Source of the DNA: Carcharhinus amblyrhynchos
Taxonomy: Eukaryota
DNA length: 64,000 bases
Direction of reading: 5' to 3'
Assembly: GCA_965287045.1 (NCBI GenBank)
Contig: OZ336877.1
Span: 5,332,001-5,396,000, forward strand
In this document: positions 50,701 to 64,000 of the stretch, one piece after another
Layout: every line of letters starts with the position of its first letter
Numbering within the stretch: the stretch's first letter is position 1
Translations under genes and position numbers: made by a program
Notes under the pieces: model-generated
Told to the model about the DNA's origin: nothing
The model's database searches: none
The model's input: only the letters and a program-made list of their open reading frames with translations

Positions 50701-53700
50701 GTCTTTCAACTGACTTGCTCTACTTCAACAACTTGCAACAGCTCTTTATTTTGTCATTTAATGGAACAGAGTTGGTGCCAAGACAAAAATGAGGAGACTA
50801 GAGCGCTTTTAGTCAAAGTTACCTGAAATAATAGTAGGACTGATGACAGTAGGGAATAAAATAAATCAACCCTCCTCGCCAGAAAAGCTCAGGTGAAGAA
50901 TATGGAAACGTTTACATGATGTCTCATGAATTTGTTCATTGAGTAGGTGAGCCACATTAACCCGGTTTGATTTTCTACCTGCAAAGTCAACTATCTGCCC
51001 TGACACAGAAATTGCAACTTGCCTCAGCACTCTTGAGTTATGGGGAAAAAAAATTAAGTTGCTCACTTTTAATCAGCATTTAGTGATCTCCCTGCAAATA
51101 TATATGTTGGGTGAAAACAGCTGGGTTTAGTTGTGATGCGCACTCGCATGCGCTGTCCAGGCTCGCATGAAATCTCTACAATTGAGGCATCTGGTCGTGC
51201 CTTATGCCAATTCAGCAGTATTGCTCACATCAAATCAATATATACAGTAAAAACACTGAAGACAAAAGAAATGACACAGCAAAATATTAAGAATTCCTGC
51301 TTGGCTTGGCAAAACATTCATTTAAAAATCATAAGCTCCTCCATGTACATAACCGTAAAACTAAGGTCATGGTGTTGAAATCGTGTCAGAAAGCAGAAGA
51401 GGTAAAATCACTAGCACATATTTCATCTGTTGGTGTCTGACTGAAAGTGGAACAAAAACCGTTTAAACAAACCAATCTGAGACCAACATCATCTGACTTG
51501 GTCCAATCCATTATCTTATCACAGTAACATTACGAATCAACTTTTCATGTCATTGCAGACTGGAGCCAAGATCAAGTGCAGTGCTCTACTGAGATAAAAG
51601 ACTGGTGATAATTGAAATATATGATTGATTCAGTTTCCATTTCAGAGTCGCACACTGTGTCCTTATGTCTATATTTCTATTAGTTTTGTTTACATTTATA
51701 AATCAGCACAAACTGCCAATGTAAACTAGTCATGCTACAATTAGAACTTCCTGACAATAATGGTGTGATAGCACCTCAACAGGCAGAAAGGTGTAATTAC
51801 AGTATAACCTTGCACAGGCAGTTTCTATGATAAATATATGCTTAAGAATTTATAATTCAAAAATGTTGACAAGTGCCTGTAGAATGCAGGTGCAGCTGAT
51901 GAAGACAACCTTCACACCCTCTGTTGGGGGCTTTCAATAACTTAAACAAGCAGGTTCACTTATCCACCCAACTGCTTTCGTGAAATCAACATTGGTGCTG
52001 GTCCCATGCACTTTTCTTCTATTTAAAACAAGAGTCCAGTATTTTTATGGGGACCACACATCCACTGTAAAAGCAGGCAGCAAATTGCATTTGCATTCAT
52101 TCGTTAATCAATGGCTACTCATTACACTTACTGACATTTGTATTGGCAATACAATCTATGACTCTAATACTGATCGAAATCCTTTGCTTTGGTGCGGCTT
52201 TGATAATATCTGCTGGTTTGCTTTTAATAAATGTCCCAAACTTTAATAAAAAGTCAGCTAAATAATAAGCAAACACAATATCTATCAGTAAATTCTCGGG
52301 TCATCGAAAGGTTACTTATTTTCTTTGCTTGAGTTATTTTCATCAAATCACAAAGTATATGTTAGATAAAGTGCTTGGTGATGGGTACTTTGGATAAAGT
52401 GATGCAAGAAACTGAAAATTGCCAACACGCATTCAAATGTAAATTGAGAATTTACTGAAAAGAGATCTGACTTTAGAAAAAAGTGACAATAGTTTTGAAA
52501 ATACAATATTCAAAATGCAAGTTCACATATGGAGATTTGCAGCCAATTGATTTAGCATTTTTATGAGAAAATATTCAAACACGAAATTTCCAAGTATGAT
52601 TTTCATAAAATAATACAACTGTTCAATCCATTTTCTTATTTTCCAGCTTATATAACGGAAACCACATGCCAGAGCAGGAACAAGCCATTTGGCCCCTTAA
52701 GTCTGTTCTGCCATTCAACTAGATCATGGCTGATCTTCTACCTCAATGACATCTTCACGCACTTAGATATTCAGAAACCTATTGACTTTTGCTTAGAATA
52801 TACTCAATGAATAAGTCACCTCAGCCTTCTGGGTTACAGGTAGCCAAGCATTCACCACCCCGAGTGAAGAAATTCCATTTCACCTGAGTCTCGTCTGGGG
52901 CCTCTCTCTTACTCTGAGACTCTTATGGTTTCAAAAACAACTTCCCTGCCCCCAAACAAGGGAAATATTCTTCCTGCATCCACCCTACAAAACTCTAAGA
53001 TTCAATGAGGTCACCTCTCATTCTTATAGCTCCTGCACATACTAGAGCCTCTTCCAGAATGTTCTCAAACTACCCTCATAGGAAAATCTTGCCATCCAAG
53101 GGATTAGTCTGATGAACCTTTGATGCACTCCCTCTATGATCTACATATCTTTCTTTCAGTGAGGAGACCAAAACCATGCACAATACACCAGGTGTGGTCT
53201 CACCAAGGCTCTACTCAAAACTGCAGCAATACTGCCTCACTCCTGTATTCTAATCACCTTGCAAGAAAGGCTAACATACCATTTGCATTCCTAATTTCTT
53301 GTTGTAACTATATGTTAACTTTTAGTGACCAATGAACATGAACTCACTTTAGTCTTCAACATTCCGCAATTACTTCCGATTCAAGAAATATTTGACATTT
53401 TTATTTTTTCTATCAAAATATATAACATTTGCCATGTTCTTTCCCATTCACTTAACTTGCCTAATTCCTCTTGCATCCTCCTCACAACTCTCATTCCCAC
53501 CTTGTTTTGCTTCATCAACAAAATTGGAAATATTACATTTGGACCCCACATCTAAATCATTCATATTGATTGTGAATAGCTGGAGCCTAAGCATTGAACT
53601 TTGCTGTAACCAACTAGTCACAGCCTGCCATCCTGCAAATGACCCTTTTATTTCTACTCTCTTGTTTCCACTCATTAACTTTATAATGGTTAGTTTATCC

Positions 53701-53708
53701 CCACTCAA

Positions 53709-54454
53709 TGCCCTATTTTACCATTTTGATTCGAAGTGCTGGGCGGACTTGAAACTGGGAATGTTTCAGATCCAACTTTTCGACCCGTTCTCAGGCATCC
53801 CCATACGCACCCTGCCTGAAAAAATATCAGCAATTCCGAATCGTGCTGCAGAAGTCTGTGGGTGGGGTTTAACATGTCCAAAATCCTGCAGCTCTGATCG
53901 GCACCTCCAAACACATACGCGCAGGAAAAAAGACAGAACGCGGCTCCCCTGCCACATTGCTTTAGGGCCGGATGATGCCTTCCCTTGGCCCTCACTTTAC
54001 TGACCCTCTTATTTCCCCATCCCCTTCGCCACCCAGACCAATCGTGGGCCCCTTTCCCCTTTCCCAACCCCCACCAATTTCAGGCAGAGTAGCAGCAGAT
54101 CCCCCCTTACCCCTCTTTGATCTCAGGCAGAGTGGTAGTCAGCACTTATCTCGTCACTGACTGGAGCACCCAAATTGGACTTTTGTAGAACATGTCTGTT
54201 TCACACCAATTCTGGATGAGCAACCATGATGGTAAAAGGGAAAGTGCTGGTAAGGCTGGGTGTGAAGCTCATTAAGTCAATTTAAGTGCATGTAAATGCA
54301 TTTAAATGGTTGCCACGACCGTTTCGGGCGCAGTCCCAATCATGGCCATTTTCAGGTCTTGGTAAAGGGGAAAACCGGCGCAGGGGCCGGGTGCGGATTG
54401 CGCTACCCACCACTTTACCAAGTTTTTGTGCCCATTTGATGGTAAAATCGAGCA
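53709..54454. mobile_element. Non-autonomous DNA transposon (MITE, probably Harbinger type)
   Basis: Imperfect TIRs gccctattttaccat (53710) / atggtaaaatcgagc (54453); GC/CpG-rich interior; interrupts the CR1. Confidence 0.65.
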
Positions 54455-54499
54455 GTTTTCTGAGTCTTAGCTGATCCTTATCCATGCCAGTACATGACC

Positions 54500-54835
54500 C
54501 CAATCCCTTCACTTTCACTAACTGCTCACTGTAATTCAAGGTTACAGGGAGTCGGAACCTATCCTGACAGGCGCTGGCTGTTAGCTGGAGTACACCCAGG
54601 ATGGGATGCCGGTTCATCACAGGGCACATATTTATACTCACACAAAGTAAGGGCCAATTTAACATGGCTAATCCATCTAACCTGGACATCTTTGGACTGC
54701 CCAAGAAAACTGGAGCATCAAACAAAAACCCATATAGACATGGGGAGAATGTGTAAACTTCATAGAGAAAGACAGCCGAGGCTGGAATCAAACCTGAGTC
54801 CCCAGAGCTAACCGCTGCGCTAATATGCTGCCTCA
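54500..54835 (-). mobile_element. V-SINE with a different 3' tail
   Basis: Reverse core gacatggggagaatgtgtaaact and caatttaacatggctaatccatctaacc; tail gggatgccggttcatcacagggcaca. Confidence 0.7.
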
Positions 54836-55744
54836 CCCCCAATCACATTTGCCCCCATTTTTCTTACTAATCTTTTACACAAGGACTTATCAAAAGTTTT
54901 CCTAAAATCCACACACATCACAAGCACTGGTTTTCCCTTATCTAACCAGTTAGTAACATCTTTAGAAAATTCTAGCTGGTTTGACAAACGTGACTTCCCT
55001 TTCATAAAGCTGTGCTGATTCTGCCCAATCCTATTGTTATTTTCTTTCTGTTCAATAATCATAACCTTCATAATAGATACTTATCATTTTCCCAACTACT
55101 GACTTGAGGCTAACAGTTCCCTAAATTTCCTGTTTTCTCTATTCCTATCTTAAATAGTGGGGTTACATTTGCTACCTTACCATCAACAGACACTGGTCCA
55201 GAATCTATAGAAATCAGAAAGATGACCATCAATGCATCCCCTCTCCCTACAGCTACCTTTATTTACACTGAGGTGTCGATCACCTGGACCAGGGTATTTA
55301 TCAACTTCCAGTCACATTAATTTCTCCAGCATTTCTTTTTTATTTATACTAATTTCTTTCAGGTTCTCAATTTCATCAGCTCCTTGACTTCCTAATATTT
55401 CATGGGAGCTATTTTCCTCCACGAAGACACACAAAGTATTGGAGTTTCTCTGTCATTTCCATTTTGCCCGTTATAAATCTACACACTCTGCCTGTAATGG
55501 GCCCATATACTTTTTCATCAACCTTTTCCTTTTTACATACCCATAGAAGCTTTTGCAGTCAGTTTTTATTGTCTCTCAGTAGTTTACTTTCATATTCTAT
55601 TTTCTCTTTCTCTATCAATTTTTGGTTCTCCTTGCTGAAATTTAAAACGCTCCCAATCCCTCAGGCTCGTTACTTTTATTGGTAACTTTATAGACCTCTT
55701 CTTTTGATCTAAGAGAATCTTTAACTTCTCTTGTTGGCCATGGG

Positions 55745-55786
55745 GTTGGTGGAAATGACAGAGGATGAATTTGGAAGTGGGGGGGG

Positions 55787-55817
<31 letters not shown>

Positions 55818-56400
55818 GGATCCTAATACCATTCTGGAAGGGAGGGGTATGGGCAAAGATGCAGGATCAACCCTGTTGAGTGTCGTGTCATGTCAATCAC
55901 AGGGATGTGAAGGAAAACTCAGTTAAGGAAACAAGCACACATGTCAGAAGCACAATTTTCATCATTGTGAAAGGGGCATCATCAGAATAGATTCGAGGAA
56001 GGCGGAGGAACTGAGAAAATGGGATGGAGTCCTTACAGGAATCAGAGTATACGGAGCTGAAGTTGAGATAGCTGTGGGAGTCAGTGAGTTTGTAATGAAT
56101 ACTGGTGGTCAGTATTCGAAAGCTTGTGCGTTTACTATCAAATAAATCGGTTGGACTAAACCTGGTGTTGTCAGACTTTTTACTGGGTCAGTCTATCACC
56201 AGAAACTGAGAGAGAAAGGTCAGGGAAGGAAACCGTCAAAATGGAGCACGTGAAAGGTGGAAATTGAAAGCAAAAATAAAATCGATAAATTTTTCCGGGT
56301 CAAGGTGAGAGAATGAAACGGCACCAATAGAGTCATCAATGCAAAAGAAAAAGAGTTGAGGGAGCAGGCCCGAGTAGTACTGAAACAAGGAATGTTCCAA
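55745..56400 (-). mobile_element. Penelope-like RT fragment
   Basis: gagatagctgtgggagtcagtgagtttgta is the reverse of YK.TDSHSYL; atcaatgca is the reverse of a YIDD-like motif; ggtgaga..aattgaaagc reads FNFHL on the minus strand. Confidence 0.7.
55791..55816. repeat. (GA)13 microsatellite preceded by a G run
   Basis: Seen directly. Confidence 0.95.
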
Positions 56401-56999
56401 ACACCTTTATTTCATTACCTTCAGTACTAACACTCCCCGAGCATTTCACAACATCATATAGATGTTTTAAAATTATCAAAATCTAGAACAGCTACCACAC
56501 TGGACAGTTACATCTCTGTAGGCTTTGTTTCTGAGGTAAAACCAACAACTGGTTTCTCAAGACAGGCTCTCTTCACAGACCTGCTGGGAATTATCAGCTA
56601 CTCTTGCTGTGGCTGAGGTCTAAAGCATCTACACTTGAATAGGTTTAATCATCTCCTAATATACAAATTTTCCCTTTTGATCTTCCCTTATCTGAACCAA
56701 CCTCTTCAGAAGTCACTTAATTATCTTCGTTTCATGAGAATGTAAATGTAAAGTTAACATCTTGTCTCTTCCTTTGCACTTTTAACACCTTATCCAAACC
56801 CGTTATTTTCTGTTCCCCATTGATACCAGCTTACCTTAGGTAAACATCTGTTTGCAGTGTTGCTAGGCTCGTCAACGTATCAAAAGCACTAGTTCTGTTC
56901 GCATAACCAAACTGTCCCTGTCTTAAAACAGCTTACATTTTCCAATAGTTTTTTTTAAAATAGTTTTTTTTTAAAACAACTAATGTAGAACATTCCAAT

Positions 57000-58290
57000 T
57001 TATTGGATTTCCCCGATATTTTCATGCTATCAACATTTCTCTGGCATCAGTTTCAAACTGCACGAAATTTCTAGCATATTATGATCACTCTACCCTAAAG
57101 GCTTCTTCACAACAAGATTATGAATTATTCCTTTCTCACTGCACAATACTAGATCTAAAATGGCTCATTCTGTAACTGGTTCCTCAACATACTATTGTAA
57201 AAAAATACACTGCATATACATTCTAGGAATTTGTCCTCAACATTACTGCTAATTAGGTTTACCTGTTCTGCGTGTAAACTGAAGTCACCCATGGATATTG
57301 TGTTTTCCTTGTTACGTGCACCTTTCACATCCTGATTTATACCATGCCATACATTACTACTAGAACTTGGTGACCTATCAACAGGTCCTATCAAAGTTTG
57401 CTGCCCCTTGCTGTTTGGTTGCTCCAAGCAAACTGATTCTATGTCTTGATTTTTTTTGATCTAAGATCGTCTCTCACTAATGCACTCACTTATTCCTTTA
57501 TTATCAGTGCAGCATCACCTATTTTTCCTTTTTAACCTCTCCTTCCTAAACGACAAATATGCTTCAACTTTCAACCTCCGCTCATACTGCAGCCATGTTT
57601 CTGTAATGGCAATAAGCTTTATCTGTTTACTTCTATTTGTGCTGTCAATTCCTCCAACTTGTTTCAAATGCTGCACGCATTTAAACAGAATGCCTTTAAT
57701 TTCATCTTATTAATTTTGCCATCTCTAGCCTTAACTGCTGGTGCAGCATTATATTTGTACACCGTCCCTTCCTGCCACATTTCTGATAACCATCTCCCTT
57801 ATTGCTATCCTGTTCTCTTTTCAGTTTATCACACTTTACCTCAACAACACTATTTTATGCATAGCCTTCTCCACTACCCCAGTTAGACAACTTGTCAGAA
57901 CACAAGTCCCAGCATGGTTTGAGGTGAGCAATGTTCCAAACGTACATCTCCCACATTCACCAATACTGAAGCATTGCCCCAGAAATCAAAACCCACTTCT
58001 TCCACAACAATCTTCTGAGCCACACATTTAACTCTCTAATCTCATTTATCCCTATGCCATTTACTTGTGGCTTACCTTTGAGGTTCTGCTTTTTAATTTA
58101 TATCCTAACTCCCTCTCTGAGCAGAATTTTCTTCATGGTCCTACCCATGCTACTGACACCCATGTAGATTATGGCCACTGAATCCTCCTCCTTCCACTCC
58201 AACCCAGAGAAGATGTCCCGAACCCTGATAGCACATAAGCAACACAGTCTTCTGGACTCTCGCTCATGGCTGCAGAGGGCTGTGTCTATC
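57000..58290 (-). mobile_element. CR1 5' part (endonuclease and ORF1 region), degenerate
   Basis: Minus ORF NTISMGDFSLH..EDKFLECI (APE GDFN motif); acagaaacatggctgc (TETWL) on the minus strand. Confidence 0.7.
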
Positions 58291-58399
58291 CCCATAACAA
58301 TGCATGGTGACTTTAATCACTGTATAATCACTGTTTAATCACTGTATAAATATATACAAAATTAATTTTATACTTGCAGCATTGTGATTTAGAAGTGTA

Positions 58400-58790
58400 C
58401 ACAGAGATTAGAGAAATTGGGATTATTTTCAGCGGGCGGAGAAGGTTGAGGGATAACTTAATCGAGGTATCCAAGATTATTAAAAGTAGATAAGGAGAAA
58501 CTGCTTCAACTGGCAGGACAGTTAATAGCCAAAGGACACAGATTTAAGACAGTTGGCAAAAGAACGAGACACAAGATGTGGGGAATTTTTTTTTAAGATT
58601 ATGATCTGAAATACACAAATTGAAAGGGGAGTGGAAGCAAATCCAATAGCAAATTTATTAAGGAATTTGCATAAGTGCTTGGAAAGGTTGTGGGCAAAGT
58701 GCAGTGGGGCTATCTGATTGGCTTTTTCAGAGTTGACAAGGACATGATGGGCTGAATTGCCTCCTTCAATCAGTGAGATTCTATGATTAA
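58400..58790 (+). mobile_element. CR1 3' fragment
   Basis: gaaggttgagggataacttaatcgaggtatccaag, aaggacacagatttaag and gatgggctgaattgcctcctt..ttctatgatt tail. Confidence 0.75.
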
Positions 58791-58906
58791 GATGTGCTTA
58801 TACTACTAGTTTAATGTCAGCATTTCATGATTTCAGCTTTTCGCCCACTTGTAAAGTATAATTGTATTGTTATGAATTATGTTTTATCAAAAAATGATGT
58901 AGTAAA

Positions 58907-59791
58907 TGTGCGAGCTGAAAATCACCAAGTTTTAAAAACTAAAAAAAAGCTATAACGATAGCTGCTGAGCATGACACTTGAGACTCAAATAACCTCAAGT
59001 CTCTGCAAAATTCTTACCAAATGAGCCTGGGTGGTGTATCCTATTTGAACAGGGATGCTCAGATGAAACCATCTCTGTCATCTACACCTTCTACTGCCAA
59101 TGGGCTTACCAAAAATTAAAATGCCTGGATTCCCAGACTCTGTGCCTCCAAACTCAAAACCAAACACGAAGAGCTACAGAGAAACCAGTTCATCATAAGC
59201 AGGAGTGAATAACCACCATCCACCCCCAGAATGTAGCAATGACTTCAGAACTTTGAATTATTTATGTGGACATTAAAAGCATTGAAATGACTAATTGACT
59301 TCAGATTACGCATTACGAGCCAATCTCGAAACAAAAAGCACTGAAGATTCCTGCGTGGATCTCTCTCTGTCCCCATCTACTTTCATAAGCTTGAACCATG
59401 CCTGCTGCTTTTAACTACATACGCGCTGCATACAGAGATGTTTTAAAAGAACTCACCTGAATAGCTGTGTACTCCAGAGGGACAGATCAATGTTTGTCTA
59501 CACCCTTAAACACCAAAACCAAAAAGATCACGAGCTCAACTGGGATCCATCCCAAGACGACAACCTTCAAGAACCATTTCACTTGAATCCTTTCTGGACT
59601 TAATGAGCATACATGAAAGATGAACTTTTATTATTTTACTGAAACTAGGTGAAGTGCAATAAAGAACTCTGTCCTTTAAAAAAACTCAAGAAAATCTGTG
59701 TGTATGTGTCTTCTACAGCTACAGCATGTAAACAGTTAAACACCCACTGGATTGACAAGCAGATTTTTTAAAAAACTGCTGTGGTTAAACA
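58907..59791 (+). mobile_element. Possible solo LTR related to 8159-9141
   Basis: Starts TGTGCGAGCTGAAAATCACC (compare tgcgagagcgtaaaatctcac on the minus strand of the 8159 element), has aataaa at ~59658 and ends TAAACA; no TSD found. Confidence 0.4.
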
Positions 59792-62499
59792 AGGTGTAGG
59801 AAAAGGGATGCCATTCCAATATTAACAACCAAACTGACTTTCTTGCAGGTGAAGTCTTGCATTGCTTTGCTCTGGTGTATTGGGTCAGATTTTAAGATGC
59901 AGACTGCATTTACACAGTAACTAAAGTATTGATGAGACACAAAATTAGTCTGCACCAATGCTGCAATTGTACATAAATGCATAAAAGATAAAATTACTAC
60001 ACTGTGCTGCTAAACAATGCATTAAAATTAAATCACATGAGGCCTGATTGCTTCCATTTTTAAATTACCTACATAAGATGTTGAATTGGAATGAATTTTA
60101 TCTGAGTGAGCTGCCACCATTATCATTCTGAATGTGCTTTTTACAAACAGACGCATTAGATACTGGAAGGGTGACGTACTTTTTTGGAAGTACTAATTTG
60201 GAATAGTGGCATGGTGCAAGTTCAAAATAAAAACCATTACAACATGAACAAGTTACAAAGGAATTCAACATTTCACAATTTAAATTTCCATGGGTGCCCA
60301 GAGTGAAGGATCTTGAATTTTTGAAAGAACCAACAGAGCTAGCAGAAAAAATAGAGAAGAATGTTTAACTGTAGACAATGTTTGTTTCGTCAGATTTAAC
60401 AGAAGTGAGATATTGCCTTTGAAAAGGTTTCCTCCTAAGGCTCTTAAAGATACCAGAGCATTTCAAACTAACATTATTAATAGAAAGAGGCCATGTGCAG
60501 TATTAAAGAATACACAATGCAAAGCTTTATGCAAACAGAGCAGCTGTAAAGTAAACACCTCTTAAAATTTTTAAAAATTGCCATCTCACAATACAGACAA
60601 GTAGGAGGTGGTCAGTTTATTTCAGGAAGCGTGCACCCTATACTATATGAATAAAATAGCAAGAACTGATAGCCAGTTAATGGAGAAGAAACCAGAACCT
60701 ATCTTTATTCATAGAATGAAACATTACAAGTATATATTTGGATTTGGGGGTGGGCATGGATGGAGGGGGCAGATGCAAATGAGGAGGGCAGGGGAAGAGA
60801 TAAAGAAATTAAGAAAAGGCATTGGTTTGTGCTTAACAAAACAATCAAGAAAGTTGACAGGTCTCCCTTGCGAAACCAAAAGGTAGCAGACTAGATAACT
60901 ACTTTATCTTGTTAGGCCAAGATAAACCAGGTTTGTGTGCTTAATTATAAAACATACAAGTAGACAAAACAAACAAAACAGACGTAAATGGGGAGGGTGA
61001 GGGTGACAGCATTAGATGCTTTGCAGCTACTTCTGCTCTGAGTAGATCCAGTTGGAGAAGCTTGAGGAAATATGATTTTTTTCTTGGTGGGGTCCAACTT
61101 GATTAAGCCGGAGACCAGGACACAGTAGAAGTTTGAGAACTGAGCTAAACCACAATGCTGACTATACTCTTCACCCTGATCAAGTTATGAAATAGACTGC
61201 CACCTGCAGGAGATGGTGAATTCATTCGGGTCATTTACAGAAAATCTTGAAGAACAAATGGATAGTGGTTTAGGTGGAAATTGTTTTGAACAGTCAGGTC
61301 AGGAAATAGATGAGATCGAGGTGGATTCAATTACATTTTTTTTCGAAAAGCTTGTTTAAAAAGTATATTTTAAATATAGAGTAATAACCCTAGAGTTTGG
61401 TAAACTGAAGTTACCAAAATAATGGTAACTTTTCCTAGTTAGTGGGAACAATTGAAGGCCTTTCCCAAAAATATCCACAGCTAAATACATAAAATCACAG
61501 TGAAATGAAACATTATGAACCTGCTGACTTTGCCTACAACAGTCACTTCAGAAATTCCCCCATGGCTCAGTGGTGAATAAAATGCATAAAAAAGCGATTT
61601 TTATCAGGAAGGACCAAGATCCAAAACTTGATTGCTGCCACAGTGATATTGGGAACCTAAAACAATTAATGTCCTGTCCAAAATTATCATTCACTACACA
61701 ATAAACCCTGATAACAGCATAAACATGCCAAGTCAATTGTAACGCCCGTTGGTTTCTCTCTGACACGTTTTTCTGAACACGGGAAGTCCAACATAAATTA
61801 AAAATGTTGTTGTTGATATCTGTATATGAATAGCAACTTAAGAACTGGAACGCTGCTGATGCAAATTGATCTGAACCTCAACATGTTCACCATGTTTAAA
61901 AGAGAAGTAAAGAACAAAAAAAAAATGAAGTCTAAAAGAAAACTTCACCATAAGGCTTTTATCTGGAACCCAAGTCGACAATTTAGACTTGGGAAATTCA
62001 CTTAATTAGTTGAGATAAAGAGGTGCACATGGGCAGATGAAGGCCAGAATTCATGTTCCATAAACACTGTTCCTAATCATGCTCCTTTCTTAACACTAAG
62101 ATTTATAAAGATTAGTTCATAATTGAAGGCACAAGCAAAGTACAACATAATGCTGAAGTGTCGGAACAACATTGAACCAAATGTGTGCACTTAGGACCAT
62201 GAACTGAAACTATGGGCCATTAGAAAATTCACACTTAGAAGCAAAAATCCCTTGCAGCATAACTTTTGAGTTTCCAAAGGTCCCATTCTCAACAGGATGT
62301 TGCTGTACTGTTTACTTTTCTGTCAGCAATGCGAGTTTAAGAATAATTTATGTTCATTTACTTTCACATTGTATAACTGTACCATTATGGAGTACAGGCA
62401 CGTCTCAGGGATTTTAAACAGAAGGCTTTGCAAACCCATAAAGAAAAGTTTGCTTCCACTGCTGAAGATTAAGTTCCAAGCAAATGCATCCACATTCCC

Positions 62500-63420
62500 A
62501 CTCAGTCACATCCAGTAAATTTTCTAATTTCTACCAAGTCCAAGGGACAACCATTTTCATTGCTTCATCAATGATTTTCTCTCCATCATTAAGGTCAGAG
62601 GTGGGGATACTCATTGATGATTGCATACTGTTCAGTGCTATTTGCAACTCCTCAATACTGAGCCATTTCATATTCACATACAGCAAGGAGATCTAGTCAA
62701 CATTTAGGCTTGGGCTTTTAAGTGACAAGTAACATGAAATTACCATTGCTGAATTCTTCCGCTATCAACATGCTATAAATGACCATTGACTGGAAAAAAA
62801 ATCGGCTATACAACTCATATAATTACTGTGGTTACAAAAAGGTCAGAGACTGGCAATTGTACAGCGAATAATTCACTTCCTGACTCCCCAAAGACTGTCG
62901 ACCATCGAGAAGGCACAAGTCAGAAGATGGATTACACGACACTTGCTGGATGAGTGCAGCTCCAACAACACACAAGAAGCGCATCACCATCAAAGCAGTC
63001 CCCGCTTCATTGGCAACCCTCCACCACCTTAAACGTTCACTCTCTTGACCACAATGCCAAGTGGAGCAGTGTACTATGTGCAAGATGCAGCACATCGACA
63101 CGCAAAGGCTCCTTCAAAGCACCTGCAAACCCATGACCTCTACCTCCTGGAAAGATGGGCAGCAGATGGATGGAACACCAACCCCTGAAAGTTCTCCTCC
63201 AAGCCACATATCATCCTGATTTGGAACTATATCACTCGTCCTTCACTGACATGAGTCAAAATCCTATGATTTTCTCCCTAAACAGTACTGTGTGTACCTA
63301 CAGTACGTGGACTGCAACAGTTGAAGGCAGTAACTTGTCACCAACTTCTCACGGCAATTAGAAATGGACAACAAACGTTGACCTAGCCAGTAACACCCCA
63401 CGAAAGAACTATAACAAAAA
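62500..63420 (+). mobile_element. CR1/L2-group LINE 3' remnant
   Basis: aaggtcagaggtggggatactcattgatga, aaggcacaagtcag, ctggatgagtgcagctccaacaacacacaagaagc; tail ggcaattagaaatggacaacaaa. Confidence 0.8.
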
Positions 63421-63859
63421 CACAAACAGAACGCATGATTCAATCAAATTCTTGCAGAGGTTTGTTGTTCCTCCTTTAATATGTAAACCGTGATAGTAAT
63501 CAGCCAGGCACGAGGAACAATGGTGCATACGCACTCAGCCCTCCTGTGTCCTCCAGAGCTGACATCACTGACGTGCGTCTGTCAGCCAATGCTGGTTTGT
63601 GGTTGCCTGAGTAGAGACATTCTCTCATTCACTTTCTCCAGTACGCCCTGTCTGCCACCGGCCTATTAACTCCCACCTCTGTGACCTTTCACCGGCACTC
63701 TCCAGCCTTGTTCTAAGCCCTTGCCATGCAATGATCCGGTCTCTGGCCACTCCAAAGCTGCAATGTAACTGGCAATGCTCATGATCAGTGTAACTGGCAA
63801 TGCTGATGATACAGTGCCAAAATAACACTGTATTTCACTATGCACAGGAATCTAGGGGA

Positions 63860-64000
63860 AACTGTGATGTAATGCCACTGAGTCTGAAATCCAGAGGCCC
63901 AGGCTTTTGGTCTGAAGACATGGGTTCAAATTCCACCAGGGCATTCAGTGGAATTTAAGTTCCATTAATCAATCTGGAATATGAAGCTACTCTCAGTAAT
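63860..64000 (+). mobile_element. 5' end of a tRNA-headed SINE/LINE element, cut by the window end
   Basis: aatccagaggcccaggct..gacatgggttcaaattccacca (B-box-like); this is the head seen reversed at ~13600-13668. Confidence 0.6.

Larger units (their letters stand above)
52650..55745 (-). mobile_element. CR1 LINE remnant with nested MITE and SINE
   Basis: Minus ORFs QNQHSFMKGKSRLSNQLEF..DFRKTFDK and LFTINMNDLDVG..ISNFVDEAK; 3' UTR agatcagccatgatct on the minus strand. Confidence 0.9.

Noticed and set aside
51133-51155. NRF1-like tgcgcactcgcatgcgc as an internal promoter
   Set aside because: Imperfect, isolated motif with no CpG island around it.
53392-54003. Longest ORF (203 aa, +) as a protein-coding gene
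   Set aside because: It runs antisense through a CR1 and into a MITE, with no recognisable domain; a chance read-through.
58311-58348. 11-bp unit (taatcactgtW) x3 as an array or regulatory repeat
   Set aside because: Simple slippage repeat at a TE boundary; no spacers, so not CRISPR-like.
60880-61300. Possible exon or ncRNA
   Set aside because: Faint similarity to a CR1 3' end (accaggacacag, tcttcacc, aatagactgcc); likely a very old LINE, too decayed to list.
39406-64000. EIF3H upstream exon (VVLKIIKHYQEEG..DADFDE)
   Set aside because: Not found by eye; it presumably lies beyond the window end.

Overview
Eukaryotic, intron-dominated window. The repeat content (HE1/V-SINE-type SINEs, Deu-domain SINEs, CR1, Penelope, Harbinger) points to a cartilaginous fish, probably a shark; this is an inference. 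The only host coding sequence I can support is three internal exons of EIF3H (eIF3 subunit h) on the minus strand: 39405-39238 (168 bp), 32546-32447 (100 bp) and 26188-26039 (150 bp). All have GT-AG boundaries and splice in frame. Neither the preceding nor the following EIF3H exon was found by eye, so both flanking introns appear to exceed 24 kb. The rest is a layered fossil record of transposons (CR1/L2-group, RTE and Penelope retroelements, solo LTRs, PIF/Harbinger remnants and MITEs, SINEs) separated by TE-free blocks that may be conserved enhancers. The most notable oddities are a rearranged U2-snRNA-derived element at ~33.5 kb and two local templated insertions into SINEs, one forming a 181-bp inverted repeat near exon 4. 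There are also inverted SINE pairs flanking exons 3-5 and a three-level TE nest with target-site duplications. No prokaryote-type system (CRISPR, operon) is present, and most ORFs in the track are TE-derived or spurious. Repeat boundaries are approximate unless termini or TSDs are quoted.
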